Source: Chlorobiota bacterium (lineage in GTDB: Bacteria > Bacteroidota > Bacteroidia > Bacteroidales > JAADJA01). From it: a stretch of DNA of 64,000 bases. Made by a program: the position numbers and the translations under genes. Of the stretch, positions 18,907-28,556 are shown in pieces. How positions within the stretch are numbered: position 1 is the first letter of the stretch; each line of letters begins with the position of its first letter. The stretch covers positions 21,891-85,890 of the forward strand of contig JAADJA010000091.1 in the NCBI GenBank assembly GCA_013151015.1, read 5' to 3'. Under the pieces are notes generated by a model, which had not been told where the DNA came from, searched no databases, and saw nothing but the letters and a program-made list of their open reading frames with translations.

Positions 18907-19450
18907 CAAGAAAAGCTCCTTGTTGCAAGGGGCTTTTTTTGGTTATACAGATGATAAATATTATATATTGGAGCTGGGGCGCGAGAAGTCTATCCTGACA
19001 TACAGAGTATCGTCGGGGAGCCCCAGCGGAATCACAAGAAAAGCCCCTTGTTGCAAGGGGCTTTTTTTGGTTATACAGATGATAAATATTATATATTGGA
19101 GCTGGGGCGAGAAGTCTATCCTGACATACGGAGTATCGTCGGGGAGCCCCAGCGGAATCACAAGAAAAGCTCCTTGTTGCAAGGGGCTTTTTTTGGTTAT
19201 ACAGATGATAAATATTATATATTGGAGCTGGGGCGAAGTCTATCCTGACATACAGAGTATCGTCGGGGAGCCCCAGCGGAATCACAAGAAAAGCCCCTTA
19301 TCACAAGGGGCTTTTTTTGGTTATACAGATGAAAAACATTATAAAATGCAGCTGGGGCGAGAAGTCTATCCTGACATACGGAGTATTGTCGGGGAGCCCC
19401 AGCGGAATCACAAGAAAAGCCCCTTATCGCAAGGGGCTTTTTTTGGTTAT
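18890..19450 (+). repeat. Tandem array of ~126-bp modules (4 full + 1 partial) seeded by the tRNA-Lys 3' end; candidate structured RNAs
   Basis: GAGCCCCAGCGGAATCA occurs at 18890, 19018, 19144, 19268 and 19394 (periods 128/126/124/126). Each unit contains a terminator, the GCTGGGGC...GCCCCAGC 8-bp long-range complement and an internal 10-bp bulged hairpin. Confidence 0.9.
18914..18940 (+). terminator. Intrinsic terminator after tRNA-Lys (first of five near-identical ones)
   Basis: AGCTCCTT-GTTGC-AAGGGGCT followed by a T7 run. Copies follow each repeat unit, ending near 19068, 19194, 19318 and 19444. Confidence 0.85.
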
Positions 19451-19553
19451 AATACCTGACAATTCGGCTTTATCGTGCATTCTTTACACCCGTAACCAAA
19501 ATTATTTATCTAATTTCGCATTTAATCTTCAGTTTTCATTTAACAAACAATCA

Positions 19554-20348
19554 ATGATAAGAAATGTGATTTTTGAGGGGAAAAGTATCCACTATAAAGT
19601 GGAAGGCAAGGGGAAACCAATTATCCTTCTTCATGGTTTTCTGGAATCATTGGAAATGTGGGATCGTTTTTCAGACGTACTTTCATGCGAACATACTGTT
19701 ATCCGTATTGATTTACCTGGTTTTGGGAAAAGCCAATCGATTGGCAAAACACATTCCATGGAACTAATGGCCGGTTCGGTGAAAGCGGTCATGGAACAGG
19801 AACAAATTGAAAAAGTGGTCATGGTTGGCCATTCCATGGGAGGATATGCTGCACTTGCCTTTGCTGATAAGTATCCTGAACACCTTACCGGTCTTTGCCT
19901 TTTCCATTCACAGGCCGCTGCCGACACAGAGGAGGCCAAAGCGAACAGGGAACGTACTGTTCAAATTGTTGGGCAAGACCGATTTGGCTTTATCAGCAAT
20001 TTTATACCGGATTTGTTTGCCCCTGAAAATATCCAAAAATTCAGTAGGCAAATCGAAAGCCTGAAAAGCAGTGCGATGCTTACAAGTAAAGAAGGGGTTA
20101 TTGCCGCCCTAAGGGGAATGAAGGAGCGTACGGAAAAATTTGAACTTCTTGATAAATTGGTTATCCCTATATTGTTTATTGCCGGGAAAAAGGACAAACG
20201 CATTCCAGCAACCACAATTATGGAGCAAGCTCTTTTACCAAGTCACAGCGAAGTATTATTGTTGGGAAATGTTGGTCATATGGGTTATATTGAGGCTGAA
20301 AAAGAGACTCTGGGGACGCTTCGTTGTTTTATGAAAAAATGTGTTTGA
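19554..20348 (+). CDS. Alpha/beta hydrolase
   Basis: I moved the start from the track's 19317 (inside the repeat array) to ATG 19554 (MIRNVIFEGKSIHYKVEGKGKPIILLHGF). It has the nucleophile elbow GHSMGG and a C-terminal GHMGYIE. Confidence 0.85.
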   Translation: MIRNVIFEGKSIHYKVEGKGKPIILLHGFLESLEMWDRFSDVLSCEHTVIRIDLPGFGKSQSIGKTHSMELMAGSVKAVMEQEQIEKVVMVGHSMGGYAALAFADKYPEHLTGLCLFHSQAAADTEEAKANRERTVQIVGQDRFGFISNFIPDLFAPENIQKFSRQIESLKSSAMLTSKEGVIAALRGMKERTEKFELLDKLVIPILFIAGKKDKRIPATTIMEQALLPSHSEVLLLGNVGHMGYIEAEKETLGTLRCFMKKCV

Positions 20349-20357
20349 AATAAGGCC

Positions 20358-22445
20358 CTACCTTAGTAAGGTGAGGTTTCCCCGTATTTTGGATTCACCC
20401 TTAAAGAATTCGTTTTCTTCAAAACTGGTGGCATCGATCACCCATATATAGGCTCCTATGGGGCAGGGCATATTGTTGAAGGTGCCATCCCATCCATCCT
20501 CAATCCTTTTTGACTTAAAAACCCGTTCGCCCCATCTGTTGAAAATCGACATACGAAATTGGATTTCTGTTTCATACGAGGCCATTGCCTGAAATGTGTC
20601 GTTCAACCCATCTCCATTTGGGGAAAAAGCTGTTGGCACATGGATCGTAAATGGGATAGCCTCAATGTAAATGGTGTCAGAAGTTTTACAACCATCATCG
20701 TTCTGTACTTCCACCCAATAGATGCCCGGATAGTCCAGGATATATTCGGATAGCTCGCTGCCGTCCTGCCATACATAGTTGCTAAAGTCGTTTCCCGGAT
20801 CCAGCGTTATGGTCGTGTTGTACATGATCACCGTATCATTTCCCAAATCAATTTCGGGCAATTCCTGTACACCAAGAAACACCGTATCGTAGTCAGTGCC
20901 ACAGATATCCGTTACCCTGACCCAATATTCGCCTTCCTGATAAGCTGTAAATAGAGATGAAGTATGGGAATCGTCATCCATCCATTGATAGGAGTCAAAT
21001 CCTTCCCCGGAATAAAAAACAATGGAATCCCCGTCACAAATTAACCGGTCATCACCCAAATCAACATCTGGCAACGGCAGTATTTCAATTGTTTTGGTAA
21101 TCGTTTTGTCGGTAATATGGGTTATGGTCGCTGTTACTTCGTAACTTCCGGGCTCGGTATAAATATGCCATGGGAAATAAAGTTCCGAACTGTCTGCAGC
21201 ACCACTTTGTGGGTCTCCGAAATTCCAGGAAATCGACTGGATCCAGGCCGTATCGGAAAGTGAAAAAAAGATCGTATCGTACGCACATTGATGTTCATGT
21301 TCGATCCAAACCACATTAAAATAACTTTGGATAAAAGAGGGGAGGCCTTCTTTTGAAAGACAAGTTTCGCAAAGGTCAAATGCAGCATATTCAAAGTTGC
21401 AGGCCGACCCTTCGTTATCGGGTGCATGGACAATGCTTAAGAATTTTTGCGATTTATGGGCAATATAGATTTTCCCGTTAGGCGCCATTTGTAATGCCCC
21501 GCCCAGTTTTTTGCCAAAAACGCCAACGGTTTTCCTGGAATCGATCACGGCGTTCTCATCGCCGGCCTCCAGGTCCCACTGGTACAAATGATTGTCATAT
21601 CTTTCATCGGCATAAAGAAAGCGGGAGTCCTTTGAAAATTCAAGGCCATATGGCAAATCCCCTGCCGGTAGGCTAATAGGGTTGGAGATTTGTCCGTTCA
21701 CATTGTTGAAATCAAATACCTGGATTATGTTCGACATTTGAATTGCCACTGCGATACGGTCTCCCGATGTAGAAGCCTTCATATATCCCTTGCCATTGTT
21801 GATCGGGCTTTCATGGATGAGGCCCACATTGGAATACACGGGGTTGTTGATATCAATGCCATTTGCAGTAACGAGGAAAGAAATAAAACGATTGCTTTCC
21901 CATTCGTGGCCAATCACCCAAATCCCAAATTCATTGTAATTCTTTACCGATGTAATCCGTTCCGTGGTTGGCTCAAAAAGCAAGAGGTTTTTTTCGCCGG
22001 GCACAACGCCCCCTTTTCCTCCATCCAACTCCATGTTGACCTTTGAATACCGGAAACCTTCCATATTGGAACTCCAATCGAGGTTGCTCACCGTGAACAC
22101 ATAAAAAATATCAGGTTTGTCGGGGACTGGTACTATAACACCAGATTGGGTGGCCGATGAGTTGCCGCTGAGCTCGGTACCATTAAGCATAACATTGTGT
22201 AACCTGTTGTAAATGGTAATCCCATCGGTATAAAAAAGGAGTTCACCCTCCGTATTTGATATGGAAGAACAACCCTCACTCGTGTTCAGGGCTCCGTTCG
22301 ACAAGGCCGTGGGTGGTTCGCTTTGAAATGACATCCCTGCAAAACTCCCAAAATACCATTCCGAGCCTTCCTGTTGACCATACGATATATGGGACATTGC
22401 AAGAATTGCCACAGTAGTTATAAATCGTGCGAATGGTATTTTCAT
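20358..22445 (-). CDS. Large secreted protein with T9SS type-B (gliding-motility-associated) C-terminal domain
   Basis: 695 aa with a signal peptide and a PKD-like segment. The C-terminus is VPTAFSPNGDGLNDTF...IFNRWGERVF...GWDGTFNN...GAYIWVI. Confidence 0.8.
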   Translation of the reverse strand: MKIPFARFITTVAILAMSHISYGQQEGSEWYFGSFAGMSFQSEPPTALSNGALNTSEGCSSISNTEGELLFYTDGITIYNRLHNVMLNGTELSGNSSATQSGVIVPVPDKPDIFYVFTVSNLDWSSNMEGFRYSKVNMELDGGKGGVVPGEKNLLLFEPTTERITSVKNYNEFGIWVIGHEWESNRFISFLVTANGIDINNPVYSNVGLIHESPINNGKGYMKASTSGDRIAVAIQMSNIIQVFDFNNVNGQISNPISLPAGDLPYGLEFSKDSRFLYADERYDNHLYQWDLEAGDENAVIDSRKTVGVFGKKLGGALQMAPNGKIYIAHKSQKFLSIVHAPDNEGSACNFEYAAFDLCETCLSKEGLPSFIQSYFNVVWIEHEHQCAYDTIFFSLSDTAWIQSISWNFGDPQSGAADSSELYFPWHIYTEPGSYEVTATITHITDKTITKTIEILPLPDVDLGDDRLICDGDSIVFYSGEGFDSYQWMDDDSHTSSLFTAYQEGEYWVRVTDICGTDYDTVFLGVQELPEIDLGNDTVIMYNTTITLDPGNDFSNYVWQDGSELSEYILDYPGIYWVEVQNDDGCKTSDTIYIEAIPFTIHVPTAFSPNGDGLNDTFQAMASYETEIQFRMSIFNRWGERVFKSKRIEDGWDGTFNNMPCPIGAYIWVIDATSFEENEFFKGESKIRGNLTLLR

Positions 22446-22757
22446 TTCCCTTTTCTGCTTTGTTGAAAAATGTAATTAGTTTCTATTTCGTAAAAATAAC
22501 AATAATAAACGAGATAATAAATGCCAATATTTCAATATCGCCCCGAACATCTTTAAAAAAGAAAAAAAAGCCAGGCAACATAAATTCAGGTTTACTTGAA
22601 TAAGTCATAAGAAAGGAATTGAAAAAGCATTTCATGCTGACATGGCTCTTTTTACGTGGATAAAATTAATTGCTTAATGTTGAAAATGCAACGCTAAACC
22701 AGTTAACGGTAGGATAAAATCAGGTAACGGTAAAATTTATTGGAATATAGTGTCTGA

Positions 22758-23339
22758 TCAAAGTTTGCTTTTGCCATTTAGCCAATTCCCAATTATATCC
22801 CCGCCAAATTCCGTCATAATGGATTCGGGGTGAAACTGCAATCCGTGAACATCAAAATCTTTATGTGCCAAGGCCATAATTTCTCCATTAGTTGATTTGG
22901 CCGTAATTTGGAGGTTTTCGGGAAAACCTTTGTCGTCCACAACCCAGGAATGGTAGAGGCCACCAAGAAAGGATCGGGGAAGTCTTTTGAACAAATACTC
23001 ATCCTTTCCTGTGATTTCCATCTTTTTTGGAACACCGTGAAATACGCCATCTAACCGGCGCAAATTTCCATTATATGCCCGGGCAATGGCATCATGCCCA
23101 AGGCAGATACCAAGGATGCTTTTTGTTGACTCAAATTCCCTGATCCATTTCTCCAAGTTCGGAAAATCATCAGGGGTTCCCGGGCCTGGGGAAATCAGGA
23201 TTTTATCAAAATGCCCGACAATACCGGAATTCACTTCACCATATTTTATTACTTCGATATCCTTACACCCCTGCTCCCTTACCAATTGCAGCAGGTTGTA
23301 CGTAAACGAATCGTAATTATCGATCAGGAGCAGGCCCAT
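22758..23339 (-). CDS. pabA: Aminodeoxychorismate/anthranilate synthase component II (glutamine amidotransferase)
   Basis: GLLLIDNYDSFTYNL, GICLGH (Cys nucleophile) and LQFHPESI. I prefer ATG 23339 to the track's TTG at 23366. Confidence 0.8.
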   Translation of the reverse strand: MGLLLIDNYDSFTYNLLQLVREQGCKDIEVIKYGEVNSGIVGHFDKILISPGPGTPDDFPNLEKWIREFESTKSILGICLGHDAIARAYNGNLRRLDGVFHGVPKKMEITGKDEYLFKRLPRSFLGGLYHSWVVDDKGFPENLQITAKSTNGEIMALAHKDFDVHGLQFHPESIMTEFGGDIIGNWLNGKSKL

Positions 23340-23378
23340 TTGTTGTTCAATTAAGTATTTTTGCAATTTTACAATAAA

Positions 23379-24356
23379 ATGCAGGACGCCAAAGATATAT
23401 TATTTCGGATGAATTCGTATGGAAAGGGGTCGGTTCCATTTTTGTTCATTATTGATTTCGATATAAAGAAACCGAAAATTTACAGGATAGATGAACTTCA
23501 GGAGAATGGTATTTGTGCGCAAATTGGAAACTTGAACCTTAAACCCGAATCAGGGGGAAACCTTTCTTCATTTCATTTTGGGAAAAAACCTGTTTCATTT
23601 GAAAGATACATGAAAGCTTTTCGGAAAGTGATGAATGCCGTCGAGCTGGGCGATACGTTTTTGACTAACCTTACTTTTCCTACCGAAATAGAGACAAAAT
23701 TGAAATTACAGGATATTTATCTCAGTAGCGAAGCAAAATACAAACTTCTTTATAAAGACAAGTTTGTGGTGTTTTCACCTGAGCCCTTTATCCGAATCAC
23801 TGAAAACCTTATTTCTTCATTTCCAATGAAAGGGACAATTGACTCGGCAATTAAAGATGCAGGGAAATGCCTTATGGAAAGCGAAAAGGAAAAATCGGAA
23901 CACAATACAATCGTTGATTTGATCAGGAACGACCTGAGCATGGTAGCCGAAAAAGTCAGGGTAAAACGTTTCCGATATATGGAAAAAATAAAAACCCTTG
24001 ACAAAGGATTATTACAGACCAGCTCGGAAATTTCGGGGGAATTGCCGAAAAACTGGAAAGGGAATATTGGCGATATTGTTTTTCGCCTGTTACCGGCAGG
24101 TTCCATCAGCGGTGCGCCAAAAAAGAAAACCTGTGAAATTATCAAGGATGCCGAAAATTATGACAGGGGGTTTTTCACAGGGATTTTTGGATATTTTGAT
24201 GGGGAAAGCCTGGACAGTGCGGTAATGATCCGGTTTATCGAGAAACAAGGTGAAAAGATGTTTTTCAAAAGTGGTGGCGGGATTACCTCGATGAGCAAGG
24301 CAAAAGAGGAATATGAAGAGATGATCGATAAGGTGTATTTGCCCTTTGCTCAATAA
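23379..24356 (+). CDS. pabB: Aminodeoxychorismate synthase component I (short chorismate-binding enzyme)
   Basis: MKGTIDS, NDLSMV, AGSISGAPK and SGGGITS are chorismate-binding motifs. I prefer ATG 23379; the track's start at 23361 is a TTG that overlaps pabA. Confidence 0.75.
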   Translation: MQDAKDILFRMNSYGKGSVPFLFIIDFDIKKPKIYRIDELQENGICAQIGNLNLKPESGGNLSSFHFGKKPVSFERYMKAFRKVMNAVELGDTFLTNLTFPTEIETKLKLQDIYLSSEAKYKLLYKDKFVVFSPEPFIRITENLISSFPMKGTIDSAIKDAGKCLMESEKEKSEHNTIVDLIRNDLSMVAEKVRVKRFRYMEKIKTLDKGLLQTSSEISGELPKNWKGNIGDIVFRLLPAGSISGAPKKKTCEIIKDAENYDRGFFTGIFGYFDGESLDSAVMIRFIEKQGEKMFFKSGGGITSMSKAKEEYEEMIDKVYLPFAQ

Positions 24357-24512
24357 ACCTTTTTGGTCGAAGAAAGCCTGTGCAGTTGGCGACCAGAAAG
24401 GTTGGGAAAACCAGGTTAGGGCAGAATATGTTATGGGTTAGGCGAAGACTCCCAAAATGAAATACGTGATGTTTAATATACACCCCTGTCATTTGCAATC
24501 AAAATATACGAA

Positions 24513-25106
24513 ATGCAGTTTTTTGAAACAATAAAAATAGAAGGAAACCAATTGTCCAACCTGGCTTATCATCAGGAAAGGATGGACAGGGCCCGCCTTG
24601 AAGTTTTGGGTTTGAACGTCCCCCTTGAACTGAAAAAAGCAATTGTTATCCCAAAAGGATTATCCGGACAGCTATTGAAATGTCGTGTAATTTATTCTGA
24701 AAGGATCGAAAAGCTTGAGTTTGAACCTTATGCCCCGCGAAAAATAAAATCTTTGAAAATTGTTGTTGACAATACGATTGAATACAACTATAAATATTCT
24801 GACCGGGGAAAACTCAATCTCCTGTCGAGCCAAAAAGGTAATTGCGACGAAATCCTGATCGTAAAGAACGGCTTGGTTACCGATACCTCCTTCTCCAATG
24901 TCGTTTTTTTTGATGGCAATAATTATGTTACTCCAGCCAAACCTTTGTTGAAAGGGACTTTGCGGCAAAGCCTTTTGGAGAAAGGTAGGATTTCAGAAGG
25001 TAGTATAGGATTATCAGATATTAAAGGTTTTAAATCTGTCTTTCTCATTAATGCCATGCTTGACCTGGAAAGTGCAATGGAAATAAAAATTGAGGATATA
25101 GTTTAA
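24513..25106 (+). CDS. pabC: Aminotransferase class IV family protein, likely 4-amino-4-deoxychorismate lyase
   Basis: 197 aa with fold-type IV-like features (LNLLSSQKGNCDEILIVKNGLVTDTSFSNVVF). The call leans on its position next to pabA/pabB. Confidence 0.6.
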   Translation: MQFFETIKIEGNQLSNLAYHQERMDRARLEVLGLNVPLELKKAIVIPKGLSGQLLKCRVIYSERIEKLEFEPYAPRKIKSLKIVVDNTIEYNYKYSDRGKLNLLSSQKGNCDEILIVKNGLVTDTSFSNVVFFDGNNYVTPAKPLLKGTLRQSLLEKGRISEGSIGLSDIKGFKSVFLINAMLDLESAMEIKIEDIV

Positions 25107-25175
25107 GGGGTAATGAAAAAGGTAATTGATTGGAATTAAGTTGTAATGCGTGGACAATTACGGACAAAGTCCAAA

Positions 25176-26261
25176 TTACACCGCCGTATCGATAAACCTA
25201 ACCGCCGAGGCCTTAAAATTCACATAGACTTCTTTCCCTTCCTTCAATTCCAGTTTTTCTACCGATTGTTCTGTGATAAGTGCAGTTAACCGAATCCCTG
25301 CATCCAACAGGACTTCTACCCCGGTAATTGATGGGGAAATATGTAGGATTTTTCCTTTGAAATTATTCGTAAAACTCGAAACCAGGGCTTCACATGAAAT
25401 CACCACATCTTCCGCACGGAACAGGGCAAAGCCTGTTTTCCCCTTTTCGGCAGCGGGAAGGTGTATTTCTTTTTTTTGTTCCAAAATGGCTTTTCCTTTT
25501 CCGGTAATTTCTGCATTATAGAAATTCTTTATCCCTGTCAGATTTGCGATATACAATGATTTCGGGCTGTGAAAGACCTCCTTCAATGTCCCGGTTTGCT
25601 CTAATGTCCCGGAATCAATTATCCCAACCCTGCTTGCAAGGGAAACGGCTTCTTCATAATTATGGGTAACGTGGATGATTGTCAACCCATCTTTGTTCAG
25701 TTTCCTGAGCATGGTCCGCAAGTCATGTTGAAGCTGTACATCAAGTGAAGAAAGGGGCTCATCCAGTAAAATACATTTTGGATCTGTAGCAAGTGCCCGG
25801 GCCAATGCGACCCTTTGCAGTTCACCACCGGACAAAGTCGTTGTCCTTCGGTTTAAAAGGTGTCCGATCCCAAGCCGTTCAGCCAATTCCTTTGCCCTTT
25901 TATCCTGTTCATGTTTATTGACATTCTTTGCCCTTAACGGATAGCAGATATTCTCTTTAACGGAAAGGTGCGGAAAAACGGCATAATCCTGGAACACGAT
26001 GGCCACCTCCCTTTTTTGGATCCGTTCTTCGGTTATGTCTTTGCCCGATAGAAAAACCTTGCCGGAACCGGGTTTTAACATTCCTGCAATAATCTCAAGG
26101 ATGAGGGATTTTCCCGCCCCGGATTTTCCAAGCAGGACAAAGTACTCCCCTTGTTCCACCGAGAAACTTATTTCCCTCAGGGAAAATTCTTTGAAATTGA
26201 GCGATATGTTTTTTAGTTCAAGCATAAACCTTTTTGTAGTCAGGGCCTGACTCGAAGTCAA
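25176..26261 (-). CDS. ABC transporter ATP-binding protein with C-terminal TOBE-like domain (tungstate/molybdate type)
   Basis: Walker A GKSGAGKS, signature LSGGELQR, Walker B ILLDEPLSSLD, and a C-terminal beta-rich tail (GKEVYVNFKASAVRF). The start could instead be the internal Met (MLELKNISL, 26225). Confidence 0.85.
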   Translation of the reverse strand: MTSSQALTTKRFMLELKNISLNFKEFSLREISFSVEQGEYFVLLGKSGAGKSLILEIIAGMLKPGSGKVFLSGKDITEERIQKREVAIVFQDYAVFPHLSVKENICYPLRAKNVNKHEQDKRAKELAERLGIGHLLNRRTTTLSGGELQRVALARALATDPKCILLDEPLSSLDVQLQHDLRTMLRKLNKDGLTIIHVTHNYEEAVSLASRVGIIDSGTLEQTGTLKEVFHSPKSLYIANLTGIKNFYNAEITGKGKAILEQKKEIHLPAAEKGKTGFALFRAEDVVISCEALVSSFTNNFKGKILHISPSITGVEVLLDAGIRLTALITEQSVEKLELKEGKEVYVNFKASAVRFIDTAV

Positions 26262-26276
26262 GCCCTGACTTTAAAA

Positions 26277-27056
26277 TTATTCTGTTTTCCTTGCCGCTAC
26301 CACCCTAAGCAAAACAAAAAACACCAAAGAGACAAGGATGAAGATAACAGCGACCGGTTGGGCATACTTTAGCCCGAAAGCACCAAGGCGGTCATAAATC
26401 ATAATGGGGGCAACCATGGGATGATAGGCGATGATGACCACGGCCCCAAACTCGCTCATGCCACGGGCAAACATCATGATGGCACCCGATAATATGCTCC
26501 TCCATGCAAGGGGCAGCGAAATGGTGAAGAATACCCTTGCCGGGGAGGCGCCCAGGTTTAAGGCCGCTTTTTCCAATCTTATGGGGACAGCCGAAAAGCC
26601 ATCCCGGGCTGCGTTCAACAAAAACGGCACACTCACAAAAGCCATTGCCAATGAAATCCCAATGGGGTTACCAATTAACTCCAAACCAAGGTAGCCGGCA
26701 AATTTCCCTACCGTGCTGTCCCTTGAGATAAAACCCAAAATTGCAATTCCGGCTGCCGTATGGGGGATGACCACGGGCAAATCCATAATCCCCATCACGA
26801 CTTTTTTCCCGGGGAAATCTTTTCGCGCAAGCAAATAGGCCAACGGAACTATCATCAGCCCAAAGAAAAATGTTGCAAAGAAAGCGGTGGAAAGGGTTAG
26901 TGAGATGCTTCCCTGTACTTCTTTGTCTTTTGTGGTTTCCAGCAATTGTGGAACAGAAGAAGAAAAAAACAATCCGGTTATGGGCGCCAATATAAAAAGC
27001 AGTACCAAACCGCTTAAGAAAAGGATAATAAGATGAAAAACACCGTTTTGTTTCAT
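26277..27056 (-). CDS. ABC transporter permease (tungstate/molybdate type)
   Basis: 259 aa, multi-TM, with an EAA-like loop LEKAALNLGASPARVFFTISLP. Confidence 0.85.
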   Translation of the reverse strand: MKQNGVFHLIILFLSGLVLLFILAPITGLFFSSSVPQLLETTKDKEVQGSISLTLSTAFFATFFFGLMIVPLAYLLARKDFPGKKVVMGIMDLPVVIPHTAAGIAILGFISRDSTVGKFAGYLGLELIGNPIGISLAMAFVSVPFLLNAARDGFSAVPIRLEKAALNLGASPARVFFTISLPLAWRSILSGAIMMFARGMSEFGAVVIIAYHPMVAPIMIYDRLGAFGLKYAQPVAVIFILVSLVFFVLLRVVAARKTE

Positions 27057-27195
27057 GGTTAAAATGTAATTAACTTTGCTGCCTGCCCCTTCGTAGCTTG
27101 CGAAGGCGGGTAATATTTTTACATAGATTCTATTATTTTACAATTTAATGGCTTCCTGATGACCGCACTTCAACAAGCTCAGTACGACCACTTGA

Positions 27196-28449
27196 TTACT
27201 CTTTCTTAAAAAACACCGGATCGATGGTAAGCATCAAATAAGCCCAACTGTTATATTCATGATAATCGCCCCCTTTGATTACGGACATTGATTGCGTTGG
27301 CAGTAAAAAAGCATAGCCCCCTTCCAACTTCATATAACTATTGAACCTTGCTTTAAACTTCAGGTCAAACTCACTTCCAAGGTTTTTGTTTATAAGCTCC
27401 CCCTTGTCGATATAATCCCCAAAAAGCCTGAAATGATGATATGTTGCAAACAGGTCCACTTTTTTGGAAATATCAAACTTCATACGGAAATACGGATTAA
27501 CAAGTCCCGCACTGTTTGTTGTGACCGGGACCGAAAAATAATCCATGTCCCCATTGAACTTGTGCCGGCTTCCATATAGAATGTTAAATGCGTGATCGAC
27601 AGTCTTCAGGCTGTCCTTTGCATTGTTCCCACTAAATATCTCTGCCCCGCCTATCAAAGTTATTTTTTCACTTACTGCAAGGCTGCCATCAACATTGGCA
27701 TACCATGCAGAAACATCCTCACCTGTCTGAAGTTTTCCCCCTTGATAAAACCCGCGTCCGGTAAGGTGATGCCCGTTGTTCTTGTATTTTGCGATAAAAC
27801 CGCCCGTATATCGCATGTAAATTGTCGATTCCGTCCCTTCTTTTTGATAACCATCGAGGAAGCCCTGAAAAACCATATTGGTCTTTCCAAATTGCTTGCT
27901 AAGCCAGATGAAATTCATTGTCCGGTAATTTGCGAGCAAATCTGAATAATCCGATCCAAACTTATTTTGTCCCGATTGATTATAGGCTGCGCCAAAATCG
28001 AAAACCAAATCTGCCTTTTTATATTTAAACAGGATCAAATCATGTGAAGCCCCAATTTGGTTCCAATTCACCGGCGACATTAACCTGTAATTGCCATAAG
28101 CGAGTGACTGTCTCCCAATTCTTAATGCAATGTACTCTGACAAGCCTATTTCAACCCAGCCTTCGGCCAAGCCCACGGAAGACACATCGGACTTTAAAGC
28201 CTGGTCGCCCCACACCCGTGCATCATAAAAGACAATCCTCATTTTGATGTTCTCATTGGCGTATTTAATTCCCAACCGTGTCCGTTGGCTTACAAAGGTG
28301 GCGGCATCCAGCATGGTATCCCGCAAGGTGCTATATCCGTTCCGGTATTCGGCACGGGGGCGAACAATACCGTACAATTCAAACTGTGCATAGCTTCGGA
28401 TTCCCGAAAACAAAGCCATCAGAATAAAAACTTTCCTTAAACTTTTCAT
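27196..28449 (-). CDS. Outer-membrane beta-barrel porin (alginate-export-like) embedded in the ABC operon
   Basis: 417 aa with a signal peptide ending YAQ, alternating beta-strand pattern and a C-terminal aromatic-rich strand. Confidence 0.6.
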   Translation of the reverse strand: MKSLRKVFILMALFSGIRSYAQFELYGIVRPRAEYRNGYSTLRDTMLDAATFVSQRTRLGIKYANENIKMRIVFYDARVWGDQALKSDVSSVGLAEGWVEIGLSEYIALRIGRQSLAYGNYRLMSPVNWNQIGASHDLILFKYKKADLVFDFGAAYNQSGQNKFGSDYSDLLANYRTMNFIWLSKQFGKTNMVFQGFLDGYQKEGTESTIYMRYTGGFIAKYKNNGHHLTGRGFYQGGKLQTGEDVSAWYANVDGSLAVSEKITLIGGAEIFSGNNAKDSLKTVDHAFNILYGSRHKFNGDMDYFSVPVTTNSAGLVNPYFRMKFDISKKVDLFATYHHFRLFGDYIDKGELINKNLGSEFDLKFKARFNSYMKLEGGYAFLLPTQSMSVIKGGDYHEYNSWAYLMLTIDPVFFKKE

Positions 28450-28556
28450 CTATTGGGTATTGGTAATTTATATAAATGCCGATAAGGCAATCTTCTTTTT
28501 GACTAAAGGTTTTCCCCCCGTGCAACGTTGAAGCATTGAACCATTGTAATCTTCAC

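Noticed and set aside
18845-19459. Long ORFs on both strands through the tRNA-linked repeat array (18875..19459 +, 18845..19285 -, 18961..19182 -, 19048..19248 +, and the 19317 N-terminal extension of the hydrolase).
   Set aside because: They are made of repeat units whose lengths (128/126/124/126) are not multiples of three, so the peptide changes frame from unit to unit. They also run through five terminator hairpins and the tRNA 3' end. The hydrolase has a sensible start at 19554.
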